Source of the DNA: Desulfobulbaceae bacterium
GTDB taxonomy: Bacteria > Desulfobacterota > Desulfobulbia > Desulfobulbales > SURF-16
NCBI GenBank assembly: GCA_024763495.1
Contig: JANTFJ010000001.1
Span: forward strand, 1 to 33,581
Direction: 5' to 3'
Length of the DNA stretch: 33,581 bases
Shown here: positions 19,010 to 29,039 of the stretch, in pieces
Numbering within the stretch: position 1 is the first letter of the stretch
How the letters are laid out: every line of letters starts with the position of its first letter
Notes under the pieces: generated by a model
What the model saw: the letters and a program-made list of their open reading frames with translations, nothing else
Database searches by the model: none
Told to the model about the DNA's origin: nothing
Program-made: the position numbers and the translations under genes

Positions 19010-19039
19010 CTCTTTTCAGTTCCCCCTTGAGGGGTGTAA
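19010..19039. repeat. 30-nt module K (small GC hairpin ccccttgagggg)
   Basis: ctcttttcagttcccccttgaggggtgtaa is 29/30 identical to 25646-25675, which lies inside the composite MITE at 25521-25832. Confidence 0.55.
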
Positions 19040-19184
19040 GTGCCTTGGGGTAACTCGCTGTAAATAGTTTCAAAATTACCTCTTCAGTTTCTTGTTTTTT
19101 GTTACAGCTTCTCAGGAGTAAGGCACTAATAACGAAAAATATTTCGTACAACTAAAATGAATAATTGGGGAGTATCTAATACCT

Positions 19185-19359
19185 GTAAGCGTTCACCAGC
19201 ACCTCATCTTTGCCAATTTGAGGCTGCTTGAATAGCACCTTATGCTGCGCAGGCACAAGTAAGCGAGTAACACGAGACTCCGAATGAAATATCTAAGGCA
19301 CGGGTAATCGCTTAGAGATTTAAATGTTTCAAAGATTTGCTCCCTGGTGAGCCCCTAAC
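19185..19359 (+). mobile_element. C/B-family MITE abutting the secY stop codon
   Basis: Left TIR gtaagcgttcaccag; right end is degenerate (ctggtgagcccctaac). Flanks TAATACCT (19177-84) and TACTACCT (19360-67) match 7/8. The right copy contains the secY stop. Confidence 0.8.
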
Positions 19360-19361
19360 TA

Positions 19362-20678
19362 CTACCTTCTACCCTTAATCCTTCCACTCTTCAGGAAACC
19401 ATCATAATTCTGCGATACAGTAAGAGATTCCATTTGAGATAATGTATCAATTGCAACACCGACAACAATCAATAGCGCTGTACCACCAAAATAGAAAGGA
19501 ACATTCAACTTATTGATTAATATTGTCGGAAGAACGCATACAGCACTGACGTATATAGCACCAATCACAGTAAGGCGAACCATTACCTTATCAATAAATT
19601 CTGCTGTTCGCTTTCCAGGCCTGATACCGGGAATAAAGCCTCCATGTTTTTTTAAATTCTCAGCCACATCTACTGGATTAAATGTAACGGCAGTATAAAA
19701 AAAACAGAAGAAAACAATCATTCCGACATAAAGCAGGGTATGAAGCGGACTTCCCCAACTTAGAACACTGGAAACCTGCTGAATCCAGTCAATTTTAATA
19801 AAACCGCCAATAGTTGCAGGAAACATCATAATAGATGATGCAAAGATTGGAGGAATAACCCCTGACATATTGATTTTCAATGGCAGATGAGACCTTTGTC
19901 CTCCGTACATCTGTCTGCCGACCATTCGCTTTGCATATTGAATTGGAATGCGCCGTTGAGCAGTTTCAAAGAAAATAATCAAGGCAATTACTCCGGCCAT
20001 CAATACCAGGAGAATTGGGAGAAATATTACGGTCATCTCTCCAGAACTAATGAGCTGATAAGTATTAACAATTGCTGCTGGCATCCGGGCAACAATACCT
20101 GCAAAGATTATAAGTGATATCCCATTGCCTATACCACGTTCAGTCATCTGCTCACCAAGCCACATGATAAAGGCAGTACCCGCAGTCAAGGTCAGAACAG
20201 TCATCAGGCGAAAACTCCAGCCTGGAGATATTACAATCATTTCACTACCGGTTGGAGCGGCCATACCTTCCAGGCCGATACTGATAAACAATCCCTGAAT
20301 AAGACTCAGGCCTACAGTAGCATATCGGGTATACTGGGTAATTTTACGTCTACCAGCCTCACCTTCTTTAGATAATGCTTCAAGCTGAGGAATAACAACT
20401 GTCAACAACTGAAATATAATCGATGCACTGATATAGGGCATAATGCCCAAAGCAAATATTGAAAAGTTCTCCAATGCACCGCCAGAGAACATATTAAACA
20501 TGCCGAAAATAGTTCCGGCATTTTTTTCAAAAAAAGCGGCCAGGGCTTCACCGTTTATTCCAGGAGTAGGAATTTGAACGCCGGCCCTGTAGACTGCAAG
20601 CATCAAGAGAGTAAAAATAATACGTTTCCGAAGCTCAGGAACGTTTGCTGCATTCTGCAGTCCACCCGATGTAGCCAT
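19362..20678 (-). CDS. secY: Preprotein translocase subunit SecY
   Basis: 438 aa, polytopic; [12 protein letters not shown] and [15 protein letters not shown] motifs. The stop codon lies inside the target duplication of the adjacent MITE. Confidence 0.95.
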   Translation of the reverse strand: MATSGGLQNAANVPELRKRIIFTLLMLAVYRAGVQIPTPGINGEALAAFFEKNAGTIFGMFNMFSGGALENFSIFALGIMPYISASIIFQLLTVVIPQLEALSKEGEAGRRKITQYTRYATVGLSLIQGLFISIGLEGMAAPTGSEMIVISPGWSFRLMTVLTLTAGTAFIMWLGEQMTERGIGNGISLIIFAGIVARMPAAIVNTYQLISSGEMTVIFLPILLVLMAGVIALIIFFETAQRRIPIQYAKRMVGRQMYGGQRSHLPLKINMSGVIPPIFASSIMMFPATIGGFIKIDWIQQVSSVLSWGSPLHTLLYVGMIVFFCFFYTAVTFNPVDVAENLKKHGGFIPGIRPGKRTAEFIDKVMVRLTVIGAIYVSAVCVLPTILINKLNVPFYFGGTALLIVVGVAIDTLSQMESLTVSQNYDGFLKSGRIKGRR

Positions 20679-20682
20679 CTAT

Positions 20683-21123
20683 TTATTCCTCAAAGCTGCC
20701 ACCAGCAGCTTCGATTTTTTTTCGAGCAGATTCACTCAGCTTATCTACTGCAACAGTAAATGATTTGGAAACCTCTCCATCGCCAAGTATTTTTATCTTT
20801 TGATCCTGATTTGATATTAAGCCGACAGCAACTAAAGTTTCACGATCAATCCGGCTACCGCTATCAAAACGATCAAGATCTTTTACATTAATAATAGAAT
20901 ACTCTTTCTTAAATAGATTAGTAAATCCCCGTTTTGGCAAACGACGCTGCAAAGGCATCTGTCCGCCCTCAAAACCTGGTTTAACCCCACTGCCTGAACG
21001 AGATTTATAACCATTATGACCTCGTCCCGATGTTTTTCCATGACCCGAACCTCGACCCCGTCCAAGTCTTTTTTTCTGTTTTCTAGAACCTGGATGGGGA
21101 GACAAATTGCTTAAATTAATCAT
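20683..21123 (-). CDS. rplO: 50S ribosomal protein L15
   Basis: 146 aa; Gly/Arg-rich N-terminus ([18 protein letters not shown]). Confidence 0.95.
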   Translation of the reverse strand: MINLSNLSPHPGSRKQKKRLGRGRGSGHGKTSGRGHNGYKSRSGSGVKPGFEGGQMPLQRRLPKRGFTNLFKKEYSIINVKDLDRFDSGSRIDRETLVAVGLISNQDQKIKILGDGEVSKSFTVAVDKLSESARKKIEAAGGSFEE

Positions 21124-21305
21124 GACAATTCCTCCATACTAACCAAATGCTTAACCTTGTTAAACATTCCCCTGATTTCAGGAGTATCCTTGCGGATAAC
21201 AGTTTTATTCATTTTAGTAAGGCCCAGGCCTATTACTGTTGCACGAATTTTCTTAGTGCTGCCTATTACACTCTTTTTCAAGGTCATCTTAAGCTCATTA
21301 GCCAT
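21120..21305 (-). CDS. rpmD: 50S ribosomal protein L30
   Basis: 61 aa; 4-nt overlap with rplO; expected position. Confidence 0.9.
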   Translation of the reverse strand: MANELKMTLKKSVIGSTKKIRATVIGLGLTKMNKTVIRKDTPEIRGMFNKVKHLVSMEELS

Positions 21306-21392
21306 GTCAAAACCTACTTATAAAATATAAAAAGCCACAAGCACACCTTAAAAGATGTAAAATTGCGGCAGTATGTTGTTTTCTTTTATTAA

Positions 21393-21899
21393 TCAGGCAA
21401 GAATCTCCGCTACATCCTTACCTCGTATTGAGGCGATTTCTTCAGCTGTTCTTAGTCTCCGCAAGCCATTCAAAGTAGCTTTTACTAAATTATGCGGATT
21501 ATGAGAACCAAGACATTTGGTCAATATATTCTGGACACCAGCAGCTTCAAGTACTGCCCGGACAGCACCGCCGGCAATAACTCCAGTACCTTCTGATGCG
21601 GGTTTCAGCATTACTGAACCAGCTCCATATTTCCCCTTTATCTCATGAGGAATACTGATATCTGTTATTGAAACCTGCTGCATATCCTTTCTTGCTCTCT
21701 CTACACCTTTTCTAATTGCTTCAGGTACCTGATTTGCTTTACCAAGACCATAACCGACCTGGCCATTGCCATCGCCGACAACAACAATCGCACTGAAACT
21801 GAAGCGCCTGCCACCTTTTACAACCTTTGCCACTCGGTTAATATATACAATTTTCTCGATAAATTGATCATCAATTTTATCGTTTCTGGAATCCGCCAA
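21393..21899 (-). CDS. rpsE: 30S ribosomal protein S5
   Basis: 168 aa; [24 protein letters not shown]. Confidence 0.95.
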   Translation of the reverse strand: MADSRNDKIDDQFIEKIVYINRVAKVVKGGRRFSFSAIVVVGDGNGQVGYGLGKANQVPEAIRKGVERARKDMQQVSITDISIPHEIKGKYGAGSVMLKPASEGTGVIAGGAVRAVLEAAGVQNILTKCLGSHNPHNLVKATLNGLRRLRTAEEIASIRGKDVAEILA

Positions 21900-21944
21900 G
21901 GTTTGCCCCCTGCTATATTTATTATGTCGTACAATAAAAAAAAA

Positions 21945-22310
21945 CTAAAAAACTAATCCTTGTTCTCGAGCCCCATCAGAAAGGGCCTTAATCAAACCAT
22001 GATATATATATCCACCACGATCAAAAACAACCTTTTCAATTCCCTGACTTTTAGCCTTAGCAGCTATAAGCTCACCAACACGTTTTGCCCGAGAAGTATT
22101 ATCCTTAAAATCAACAGTTAGAATTTCCTTGTTTAATGTTGATTCTGAGACAATAGTATGACCGGCAACATCATCAATTACCTGAGCATAAAGGTGTTTG
22201 TTTGTTTTAGAAACACAAAGCCTGGGACGTTCCGGGGTACCGATTATTTTTTTTCTTATTCTCTTCACCCGTTTTCGCCGGGCTATCAGCTTAGTACTTG
22301 TCTTTGCCAT
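21945..22310 (-). CDS. rplR: 50S ribosomal protein L18
   Basis: 121 aa; PRLCVSKTNKHLYAQVIDD...VFDRGGYIYHG. Confidence 0.95.
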   Translation of the reverse strand: MAKTSTKLIARRKRVKRIRKKIIGTPERPRLCVSKTNKHLYAQVIDDVAGHTIVSESTLNKEILTVDFKDNTSRAKRVGELIAAKAKSQGIEKVVFDRGGYIYHGLIKALSDGAREQGLVF

Positions 22311-22348
22311 TAGAATTTTCCCATAAGATAAATCACAAAAAATGTATT

Positions 22349-22888
22349 TTATTTGGCTGCCGTCTTACCTGCCTTGCGGACAATATGTTCGTTTTCATAC
22401 CTGATTCCCTTTCCTTTATAGGGTTCCGGTTTACGAATATTCCTTATTTGTGCTGCCGTTAAACCTAGAAGTTCTTTATTGATAGACTCAAGCATAATCA
22501 TGTTCTTCTTATCAACTGAACCACTGACACCTACCGGCAAATCAAAAATAACAGGATTGGAATAGCCGACATTGAGAGTCAGGGCGCTACCTTGAATATC
22601 AGCTTTGTAACCAACTCCCTCAACAACCAGTTTCTTTTGAAAGCCTGTTTCAGTGCCAATGATCATATTGTTGATTAATGATCTAGTCAAACCGCTGAAG
22701 GCGTTAGTTCGTTTACTTCTATCTAAGCAATTTACGGTAATATTGCCATCAGCTATTTCTATTTTCAACTCCGGTCGAACATTAATATCAAGAGTTCCTT
22801 TTTTTCCGGTCACCTTGATATTAATTCCATTTATATCAACTTTAACCCCTGATGGTACAGGAATAGGTTGTTTGCCAATTCTGGACAT
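22349..22888 (-). CDS. rplF: 50S ribosomal protein L6
   Basis: 179 aa, MSRIGKQPIPVPSGVKV... Confidence 0.95.
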   Translation of the reverse strand: MSRIGKQPIPVPSGVKVDINGINIKVTGKKGTLDINVRPELKIEIADGNITVNCLDRSKRTNAFSGLTRSLINNMIIGTETGFQKKLVVEGVGYKADIQGSALTLNVGYSNPVIFDLPVGVSGSVDKKNMIMLESINKELLGLTAAQIRNIRKPEPYKGKGIRYENEHIVRKAGKTAAK

Positions 22889-22920
22889 TATTTTCTCCGT
22901 TTCAGATACTGATCAAACGA

Positions 22921-23319
22921 TTACCATACTTCACAAAGTAATTCTCCGCCAACTTGAAGCTTACGGGCCTCAGAACCTGACATAACACCTTTTGAGGTTG
23001 ACAGGATTGAAATACCAAGACCACTCATTACTCTCGGTATTTTGCCAGCTTTGACATATACACGACAACCTGGTTTACTAACTCTACGTAAGCAGGTTAT
23101 TACCTTGTTGTGATTTTTGTCATATTTAAGATGAATTTTTAATGTTCCCTGCTTATCACCTTTAATTACAGAATAGCCTTCAATATACCCTTCCTTCTGC
23201 AAAATCTCAGCAACACCTTTCTTAAGCCGAGAGAGAGGCATATCGGTTGCAGCATACTTAACCATTCCGGCATTTCTTATCCTGGTCAACATATCAGCCA
23301 GGGGATCACTCATTGACAT
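22921..23319 (-). CDS. rpsH: 30S ribosomal protein S8
   Basis: 132 aa, MSMSDPLADMLTRIRNA... Confidence 0.95.
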   Translation of the reverse strand: MSMSDPLADMLTRIRNAGMVKYAATDMPLSRLKKGVAEILQKEGYIEGYSVIKGDKQGTLKIHLKYDKNHNKVITCLRRVSKPGCRVYVKAGKIPRVMSGLGISILSTSKGVMSGSEARKLQVGGELLCEVW

Positions 23320-23359
23320 GGTGATTAACTCCTTAAATTTTACTAATCGGTTTCAGTTT

Positions 23360-23419
23360 GTAACTACTTACCGGGTAAGCGCCTTAATTGCGCTGACCAC
23401 CGTAATTGTAACTGGTTAT
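23360..23419 (+). repeat. Short FH left-end unit in the rpsH-rpsZ spacer
   Basis: gtaactacttaccgggtaagcgccttaattgcgctgaccaccgtaattgtaactggttat ends 1 nt before the rpsZ stop codon. No duplication found. Confidence 0.6.
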
Positions 23420-23420
23420 T

Positions 23421-23606
23421 TTACCAACTGGACTTTGTGACACCTGTTAATTCACCACGAGAAGCCAAAGTTCTGAAACAAATACGGCATATTCCGAATT
23501 TTCTTATAAATGCCCTTGGTCTACCACACAATGGACAGCGATTATAGGCACGAACCTTAAACTTAGGGGCGCGCGAACTCTTTGCTCTTATAGATTTCTT
23601 AGCCAA
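23421..23606 (-). CDS. rpsZ: 30S ribosomal protein S14 type Z (zinc form)
   Basis: 61 aa from TTG at 23606 with a GGAGGAAGAGG RBS. (M)[44 protein letters not shown], with two CxxC pairs. The longer ORF-track start at 23648 lies inside rplE. Confidence 0.9.
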   Translation of the reverse strand: MAKKSIRAKSSRAPKFKVRAYNRCPLCGRPRAFIRKFGICRICFRTLASRGELTGVTKSSW

Positions 23607-24165
23607 CCTCTTCCTCCTGGATCTTGTAATTCTTAAATGGCATACCAAGAACTTTCAAAAGATAACGGCCTTCTTCATCACTTTTAGCATTAGTGGTAAT
23701 AGTGATGTTAAAGCCTTTTATTTTATCAATCTTATCATAATCAACTTCCGGGAATATAATATGCTCTTTAATACCAAGAGAATAGTTACCTCGTCCATCA
23801 AACCCCTTGGGGTTTACGCCCCTGAAGTCACGTACTCGTGGCAAGGCAATATGAACAAGCTTGTTATAAAAATCATACATCCGGGTTCTACGCAAGGTTA
23901 CCCGACAGCCAATAGGCATCCCTTCGCGCAACTTAAAAGTTGCAATTGATTTCTTTGCTCTGGTTACAACAGCTTTCTGGCCGGCAATCAGGGTAAGCTC
24001 CTTTGAAGCACTTTCCACTATTTTAGGATTCTGTACTGCTTCACCTAAACCCATATTTAAGGAAATCTTTTCAATTTCTGGGATTTCCATAACATTTTTG
24101 TACCCAAATCTTTTCATAAGTTTCGGGACACATTCTTTTTGATAAAATTCTTTTATACCAGCCAT
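23599..24165 (-). CDS. rplE: 50S ribosomal protein L5
   Basis: 188 aa from ATG 24165 (GGAG about 6 nt upstream), [29 protein letters not shown]... The ORF-track start at 24177 is 4 codons upstream. Confidence 0.93.
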   Translation of the reverse strand: MAGIKEFYQKECVPKLMKRFGYKNVMEIPEIEKISLNMGLGEAVQNPKIVESASKELTLIAGQKAVVTRAKKSIATFKLREGMPIGCRVTLRRTRMYDFYNKLVHIALPRVRDFRGVNPKGFDGRGNYSLGIKEHIIFPEVDYDKIDKIKGFNITITTNAKSDEEGRYLLKVLGMPFKNYKIQEEEVG

Positions 24166-24193
24166 ATTTGTCTCCAAAAAAAGCCCCTTATAG

Positions 24194-24352
24194 GTAACTA
24201 CTTACAGAGGTACAACATCTTCCCGCGATCAGCCTGTATTACATAGCCACAGTATGCTGCGCCAGTCTGATCACGAAAATCTCCAGCAGCCTGTAAGCAG
24301 TTACAAATACAGAGGTTTGCACTCATTAAGCGCTCACCCCATGAGTAGTTAC
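24194..24352 (-). mobile_element. FH-family MITE (inverted) in the rplX-rplE spacer
   Basis: Ends gtaactacttacagaggtac and caccccatgagtagttac. Flanks CCTTATAG (24186-93) and ACTTATAG (24353-60) match 7/8. The right copy abuts the rplX stop codon. Confidence 0.85.
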
Positions 24353-24360
24353 ACTTATAG

Positions 24361-24699
24361 TTATGCCTTTGCTTCAATTGTTTCTCCGCATCTTTTACAG
24401 ACACGAACTTTTGAGCCATTTTCCAATATTTTTCTTGCGACCCGCACCGGCCCGGCGCACTTAGAACAAATTAACATCAAATTTGAGACATGAAGAGGAG
24501 CTTCCATATCAATGATGCCACCTTGTTGATTTTGCATATTAGGCTTGGTATGACGTTTTACCATATTGACATTTTGTACTTTGGCCTTGTAATTGTCAGG
24601 GTATACCTGAACAACCTTTCCAACACGACCTTTGTCTTTACCAGCAATTACTTCTACCTGATCGTTAAGCCTTAAATAATTTTTCCCAGCTTGCATCAA
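24361..24699 (-). CDS. rplX: 50S ribosomal protein L24 with C-terminal CxxC...CxxC extension
   Basis: 112 aa; KOW region [15 protein letters not shown]. The tail ([29 protein letters not shown]) looks like a zinc ribbon. Confidence 0.93.
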   Translation of the reverse strand: MMQAGKNYLRLNDQVEVIAGKDKGRVGKVVQVYPDNYKAKVQNVNMVKRHTKPNMQNQQGGIIDMEAPLHVSNLMLICSKCAGPVRVARKILENGSKVRVCKRCGETIEAKA

Positions 24700-25033
24700 A
24701 AAAGCCTCTCTATCTTACAGCCCGTATATAATAGCTGCCCTGAATAAGCAATATATAAAATAAAAAATATATTTTTTCAGGTGCATAAATTACTTATTGA
24801 GCTTTCATCGTAAGTATTCGTTTTTTAGTTAAAAATATAATTATCTGTACACGGTTAGCTTAGGATCACAACTTAAATATCTTCCGTGGTTTTCTTATCC
24901 CGGCCTGGAGAGGTACTCTAATCACACAGGTCTTGAGTAAAAATAAAAAAATCAGCTAATTATTTAACATTCAATGATTTTCAAGGTTATGAGTTTTAAG
25001 GGGTGTGAGTCGTTACCAGTGAGTTATAATTAA

Positions 25034-25402
25034 CTATAAAACCTCAGGAGCCAATGAAACAATTTTCATAAAACCAAGAGATCTTAATTCTCTGGCAACA
25101 GGGCCAAATATCCGGGTTCCGACCGGTTCACCGGTTCCAGACAACACAACGGCTGAATTATCATCAAATTTTACCATTGTATCATCACTCCTTCTAACCT
25201 CTTTAGCTGTCCGGACAATTACAGCGCGATGAATCTCGCCCTTCTTAACCTTCGCGTTTGGAATTGCTTCCTTGACCGTTACAACAATAACATCTCCAAT
25301 ACTGGCATATCTTCTTTTACTTCCGCCAAGAACCTTAATACATAAAAGTTTTTTAGCGCCTGAGTTATCGGCTACATTAAGTACTGATTCGGTTTGTATC
25401 AT
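25034..25402 (-). CDS. rplN: 50S ribosomal protein L14
   Basis: 122 aa, [28 protein letters not shown]... Confidence 0.95.
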   Translation of the reverse strand: MIQTESVLNVADNSGAKKLLCIKVLGGSKRRYASIGDVIVVTVKEAIPNAKVKKGEIHRAVIVRTAKEVRRSDDTMVKFDDNSAVVLSGTGEPVGTRIFGPVARELRSLGFMKIVSLAPEVL

Positions 25403-25520
25403 TTTATCACCAGCTTTACTTCAATAATTTAATATTTATTTGATAATTATTCAGCCATACAAAATATGAATATAGTGATTATGTATTACATAAAAATGCA
25501 GGCTTTACTGTAGAACTATC

Positions 25521-25832
25521 GTAACTACTCATGGGTGGTAAGCTCCTAGCCCAGATAAACTGGAAGAGAAATTAAGGCTCTGGATAAGTCCCTTAACAGT
25601 AGATGCAAGTTGTTTATTTCAAAGAAATTTTTCAATTTCTTGCCACTCTTTTCAGTACCCCCTTGAGGGGTGTAAAAAGCACCAAAATTAATTCTAAGGG
25701 ACTAATGGTTACAAATCTCTGTATTTTTAAGTGGTTACAGGTGCCGTAGATTTTTGTCATCAGCCCGGTGCTGCCAAGTAATACGTAAAACATGCTGATG
25801 GCGGTAATATGCGGTGCCCTGTGAGCAGTTAC
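25521..25832 (+). mobile_element. 312-bp composite FH MITE with passenger modules
   Basis: Ends gtaactactcatgggtggtaagc and ggtgccctgtgagcagttac. Perfect duplication GAACTATC (25513-20 and 25833-40). The interior is an inverted copy of the 10712-10866 passenger plus module K. Confidence 0.9.
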
Positions 25833-25923
25833 GAACTATCTATATATAATATCGCTGAACATTTACATATCAATTACATATATTGAAGAATTATGTCAAT
25901 CTATGAATCCCTATATAATATTT

Positions 25924-26193
25924 TTATACTGCTTTCTCGGTAATTTCCCTTAAACGCCAACGCTTATTCTTACTTAAAGGACGGCATTCTTCGATCATTA
26001 CCTTATCACCAATATTACATAAGTTATCGGGATCAGCAGCCATATACTTCAAATGACGTTTTATATATTTTCCATACAATTTGTGGCGAACAAGATTCTT
26101 AATCTGGACGACAATAGTCTTGTCCATCTTGTTACTGACGACAATTCCGAATTGAGACTTCTTCTTTTTTAACTCACCCATCAATTTTCCCAA
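25924..26193 (-). CDS. rpsQ: 30S ribosomal protein S17
   Basis: 89 aa; GIVVSNKMDKTIVVQIKNLVRHKLYGKYIKR. The start may be the ATG 12 nt downstream. Confidence 0.93.
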   Translation of the reverse strand: MGKLMGELKKKKSQFGIVVSNKMDKTIVVQIKNLVRHKLYGKYIKRHLKYMAADPDNLCNIGDKVMIEECRPLSKNKRWRLREITEKAV

Positions 26194-26232
26194 GGATATT
26201 ATTAGTTATAAAATATGTTAAAACTCTAATGA

Positions 26233-26424
26233 TTATACCTGTTGTTTTTCGTTTGCAACAGTCATCAGCCTGGCAATATCTCGTTTCATTTCCTTGAGCC
26301 TGGCGGTATTATCAAGAGGACGAATACTGTGTTGAAATTTTAATCTGTTAAACTCGTCTTTCAAGTCATCTTCTTTAGCTGAAAGCTCAGCAACAGTTAA
26401 TTTACGAAATTCTTCTGCCTTCAT
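26233..26424 (-). CDS. rpmC: 50S ribosomal protein L29
   Basis: 63 aa; [31 protein letters not shown]. Overlaps the rplP stop. Confidence 0.93.
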   Translation of the reverse strand: MKAEEFRKLTVAELSAKEDDLKDEFNRLKFQHSIRPLDNTARLKEMKRDIARLMTVANEKQQV

Positions 26425-26837
26425 ATTGTTGCGTCCTTACTTATAACTTTTGTCTCAAAGGGCAGTTTGTTACCAGCAAGAGTCAAAGCCTTCAAGGCAA
26501 GGTTTTCCTCAACGCCTGTAAGTTCATATAAAATTCTACCCGGCTTAACTATGGCTACCCAATACTCAGGACTACCTTTTCCTTTACCCATTCTGGTTTC
26601 AGCAGGTTTTTTGGTCATTGGCTTATCAGGGAAAACCCTGATCCACATCTTTCCACCACGTTTAATTGTCCTGTTGATAGTAATACGGGCAGCTTCAATC
26701 TGTTGGCTGGTCATTTTACCGCATTGAGTTGCCTTGAGGGCATAATCACCAAAACTAATCTTTGAGCCTCGATAAGCAGCACCCTTCATCCTGCCCTTCA
26801 TTTTTTTTCTATATTTTACTTTTTTAGGACTAAGCAT
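26421..26837 (-). CDS. rplP: 50S ribosomal protein L16
   Basis: 138 aa, [36 protein letters not shown]... Confidence 0.95.
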   Translation of the reverse strand: MLSPKKVKYRKKMKGRMKGAAYRGSKISFGDYALKATQCGKMTSQQIEAARITINRTIKRGGKMWIRVFPDKPMTKKPAETRMGKGKGSPEYWVAIVKPGRILYELTGVEENLALKALTLAGNKLPFETKVISKDATI

Positions 26838-26943
26838 ATTATTTCCTCATCATCAATATAATTAAAGATGATAAATTTATCTCTACCTATCATGATTATA
26901 CAAAATATGATTATTTATATGTCAATGCTCGTATATGAAAACC

Positions 26944-27114
26944 GTAAGCGTTCACCAGCACCTCATCTTTGCCCATTTGAGCCTGCTTGAATAGCACCAG
27001 CACCAGTATGCAGCGCAGGAACAGGTAAGCGAGGAACGAGACTCCGAATGAACAAATTGGTAAACGCTTAGAGTCTTAAATGTTGCAAAGAATTACTCCC
27101 TGGTGAACGGTTAC
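26944..27114 (+). mobile_element. C/B-family MITE, best-preserved copy
   Basis: 15-bp TIRs gtaagcgttcaccag and ctggtgaacggttac. Perfect duplication TGAAAACC (26936-43 and 27115-22). Confidence 0.92.
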
Positions 27115-27232
27115 TGAAAACCAACGAGGAAAGGTCAACTACTACATATCAAAATTAGCTTATTTTCTGTTCCCTGTATAATAAAAGAGAAACGGAATAA
27201 AAAAACTGGTCTACAGAGGTGTTAAGGGAAAA

Positions 27233-27883
27233 TTAAAGAGTCAATCTCTTTTCAGTCTCCGGAAGAACTTCACCCTTGAATATCCAGACCTTTACACCAA
27301 TGATACCATAAGTAGTCTTAGCCTCAGCAAAGCCATAATCTATATCTGCCCGGAGAGTATGCAATGGAACCCGTCCCTCACGATACCACTCACGACGGGC
27401 CATTTCTGCGCCTCCTAAACGACCAGAGCAGGAAATTTTAACACCTTTTGCACCAAACTTCAAGGCGATATTTATCGCCTTTTTCATTGCCCGACGAAAT
27501 GCTATCCGCCGAACTAACTGTAAGGCAACATTTTCGGCTACGAGCTGGGCATCGGCCTCAGGTCGTCTTACCTCCTGAATATCTATCAGGCATTTTTTAT
27601 GGGTGAATTTATCAAGATCCTGTTTCAAAGCTTCAATCTCAATACCCTTTTTCCCAATAACAATTCCGGGACGGGCAGTATGAAGTTTAATCTTTATTTT
27701 TTCACCTGTTCTAGCGATATTAATTTTTGAAATACCAGCATGAAAAAGTCTTTTCTTCAGATACTTCCTGATTTTCTGATCTTCAAGCAAATAATCAACA
27801 TAATTTTTATCAGCATACCAGGTTGACTCCCAGGTCCTGACAATATTGAGACGTAATCCTATGGGATTGACTTTCTGGCCCAA
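27233..27883 (-). CDS. rpsC: 30S ribosomal protein S3
   Basis: 216 aa; (M)[22 protein letters not shown] start 7 nt after GGAGG. Confidence 0.95.
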   Translation of the reverse strand: MGQKVNPIGLRLNIVRTWESTWYADKNYVDYLLEDQKIRKYLKKRLFHAGISKINIARTGEKIKIKLHTARPGIVIGKKGIEIEALKQDLDKFTHKKCLIDIQEVRRPEADAQLVAENVALQLVRRIAFRRAMKKAINIALKFGAKGVKISCSGRLGGAEMARREWYREGRVPLHTLRADIDYGFAEAKTTYGIIGVKVWIFKGEVLPETEKRLTL

Positions 27884-28078
27884 ATCATTCCTCCGTTAAG
27901 TGACTTGCACTATGTTGACTGTCTTTAATACAGCCTGACGTTATGATCATGACAACAAGATATTCAATAATGCATTATATATTCGCATTTCAATCAAATT
28001 ATTGTGCTTTGATCCCTTTTAGTGCCTTACTCCAGATCAAACACGAAGGCACTTATCCAATAAAAGCGTACTAATTTC

Positions 28079-28234
28079 GTAACTGCTCCAGAGCACCGAA
28101 TTTTTCCACCATCAGCCTGGCTTACGTATAGCTAATAGGCGACACCAGACCGATGACGAAAATCTCCGGCACCCTGTAAACAGTTACAGTTCAGTGTTTT
28201 TCACGATCATAAATTTTAAGGTGTGAGCAGTTAC
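28079..28234. mobile_element. FH-arm MITE (the same arm type at both ends)
   Basis: Ends gtaactgctccagagcaccg and ggtgtgagcagttac, with an internal ...ccctgtaaacagttac at 28187. Flanks CTAATTTC (28071-78) and CTGATTTC (28235-42) match 7/8. Confidence 0.8.
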
Positions 28235-28331
28235 CTGATTTCTTCTAGTTCAACAGATTAGTCTATCACTTCATAACTATTCAACGAGAGAATAATTTTT
28301 CTAAAATCGAACAGTTATGTAATATCAAAAA

Positions 28332-28667
28332 CTAAATATTCTCATCAAGTACTACGGTAATATGACTTGATCTTTTTAATATCTTTGTTGCCCGTCCCAT
28401 AGCTCTGGGCCTGATCCTTTTAAGCATCGGAGCCCCATCAACAAATACTTTCTTAACATACAAAGTATCTACATCAATTGAATCATTTTGACTTGCATTG
28501 GCAACTGCTGACTCAATAATTTTTCGTAAAATACGTGCCCCTTTTTTAGGCATGAATCGTAATTTATTGAGGGCCTGTTCGACGTTCTCCCCACGGACGA
28601 GGTCAGATACCAACCTCGCTTTCTGTGGTGAAATACGAATATGTCTGGCAACAGCTCTGGCTTCCAT
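28332..28667 (-). CDS. rplV: 50S ribosomal protein L22
   Basis: 111 aa, [26 protein letters not shown]... Confidence 0.95.
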   Translation of the reverse strand: MEARAVARHIRISPQKARLVSDLVRGENVEQALNKLRFMPKKGARILRKIIESAVANASQNDSIDVDTLYVKKVFVDGAPMLKRIRPRAMGRATKILKRSSHITVVLDENI

Positions 28668-28782
28668 AGCTTTTTAACTCCTGGCTTAACCGGATAAAAG
28701 TAAGAGAAGTAATAATATTATATATTTTCTCTTCTATATTTAAACTTTTATCGCTTAACGCATTTTCATTAATCGAAGATTT

Positions 28783-28936
28783 GTAACCGTTCACCGGGGC
28801 TTCTTGTTTACTTATAACTCCAGCCTGTAGGCATTCTCCAGTGTCTTAGATTAAGTTCATTGGAGGTCTCTGTGCTGCATACTGGTGCTTGTAAGCAGGC
28901 CCAGATGAACAAAAATGAGGTTCTGGTGAAACTTAC
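28783..28936 (-). mobile_element. C/B-family MITE, inverted, diverged
   Basis: Ends gtaaccgttcaccgggg and ttctggtgaaacttac. Perfect duplication GAAGATTT (28775-82 and 28937-44). Confidence 0.9.
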
Positions 28937-29039
28937 GAAGATTTCATCAGGCAGGGACGGCTGGCTGAACATCAGCTTCCCAGGCCCATCATATATCTAT
29001 TACATATAGAGCCCCTTTGCCAGTGATATCAATTATCCT

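Noticed and set aside
16126-19151. Small ORFs spanning spacers (16126-16344, 16916-17098, 17970-18164, 18969-19151; also 6748-6954, 8838-9041, 14883-15092, 15651-15839, 24198-24419, 28603-28794, 31524-31706)
   Set aside because: Each is composed of MITE sequence. Different copies of the same repeat do not keep an open frame, so they are repeat-generated artefacts.
18938-19361. adk is absent between secY and map
   Set aside because: adk placement in the spc operon varies among phyla. The spacer contains only a MITE and short modules, with no adk remnant visible, so this is not evidence of gene loss here.
26944-27114. Reading g[TA]ac...gt[TA]c as a TA target duplication of an IS630/Tc1-like MITE in a GTAC site
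   Set aside because: The true direct repeats are 8-mers of unrelated sequence immediately outside the GTAA/TTAC tips. The tips themselves belong to the inverted repeat.
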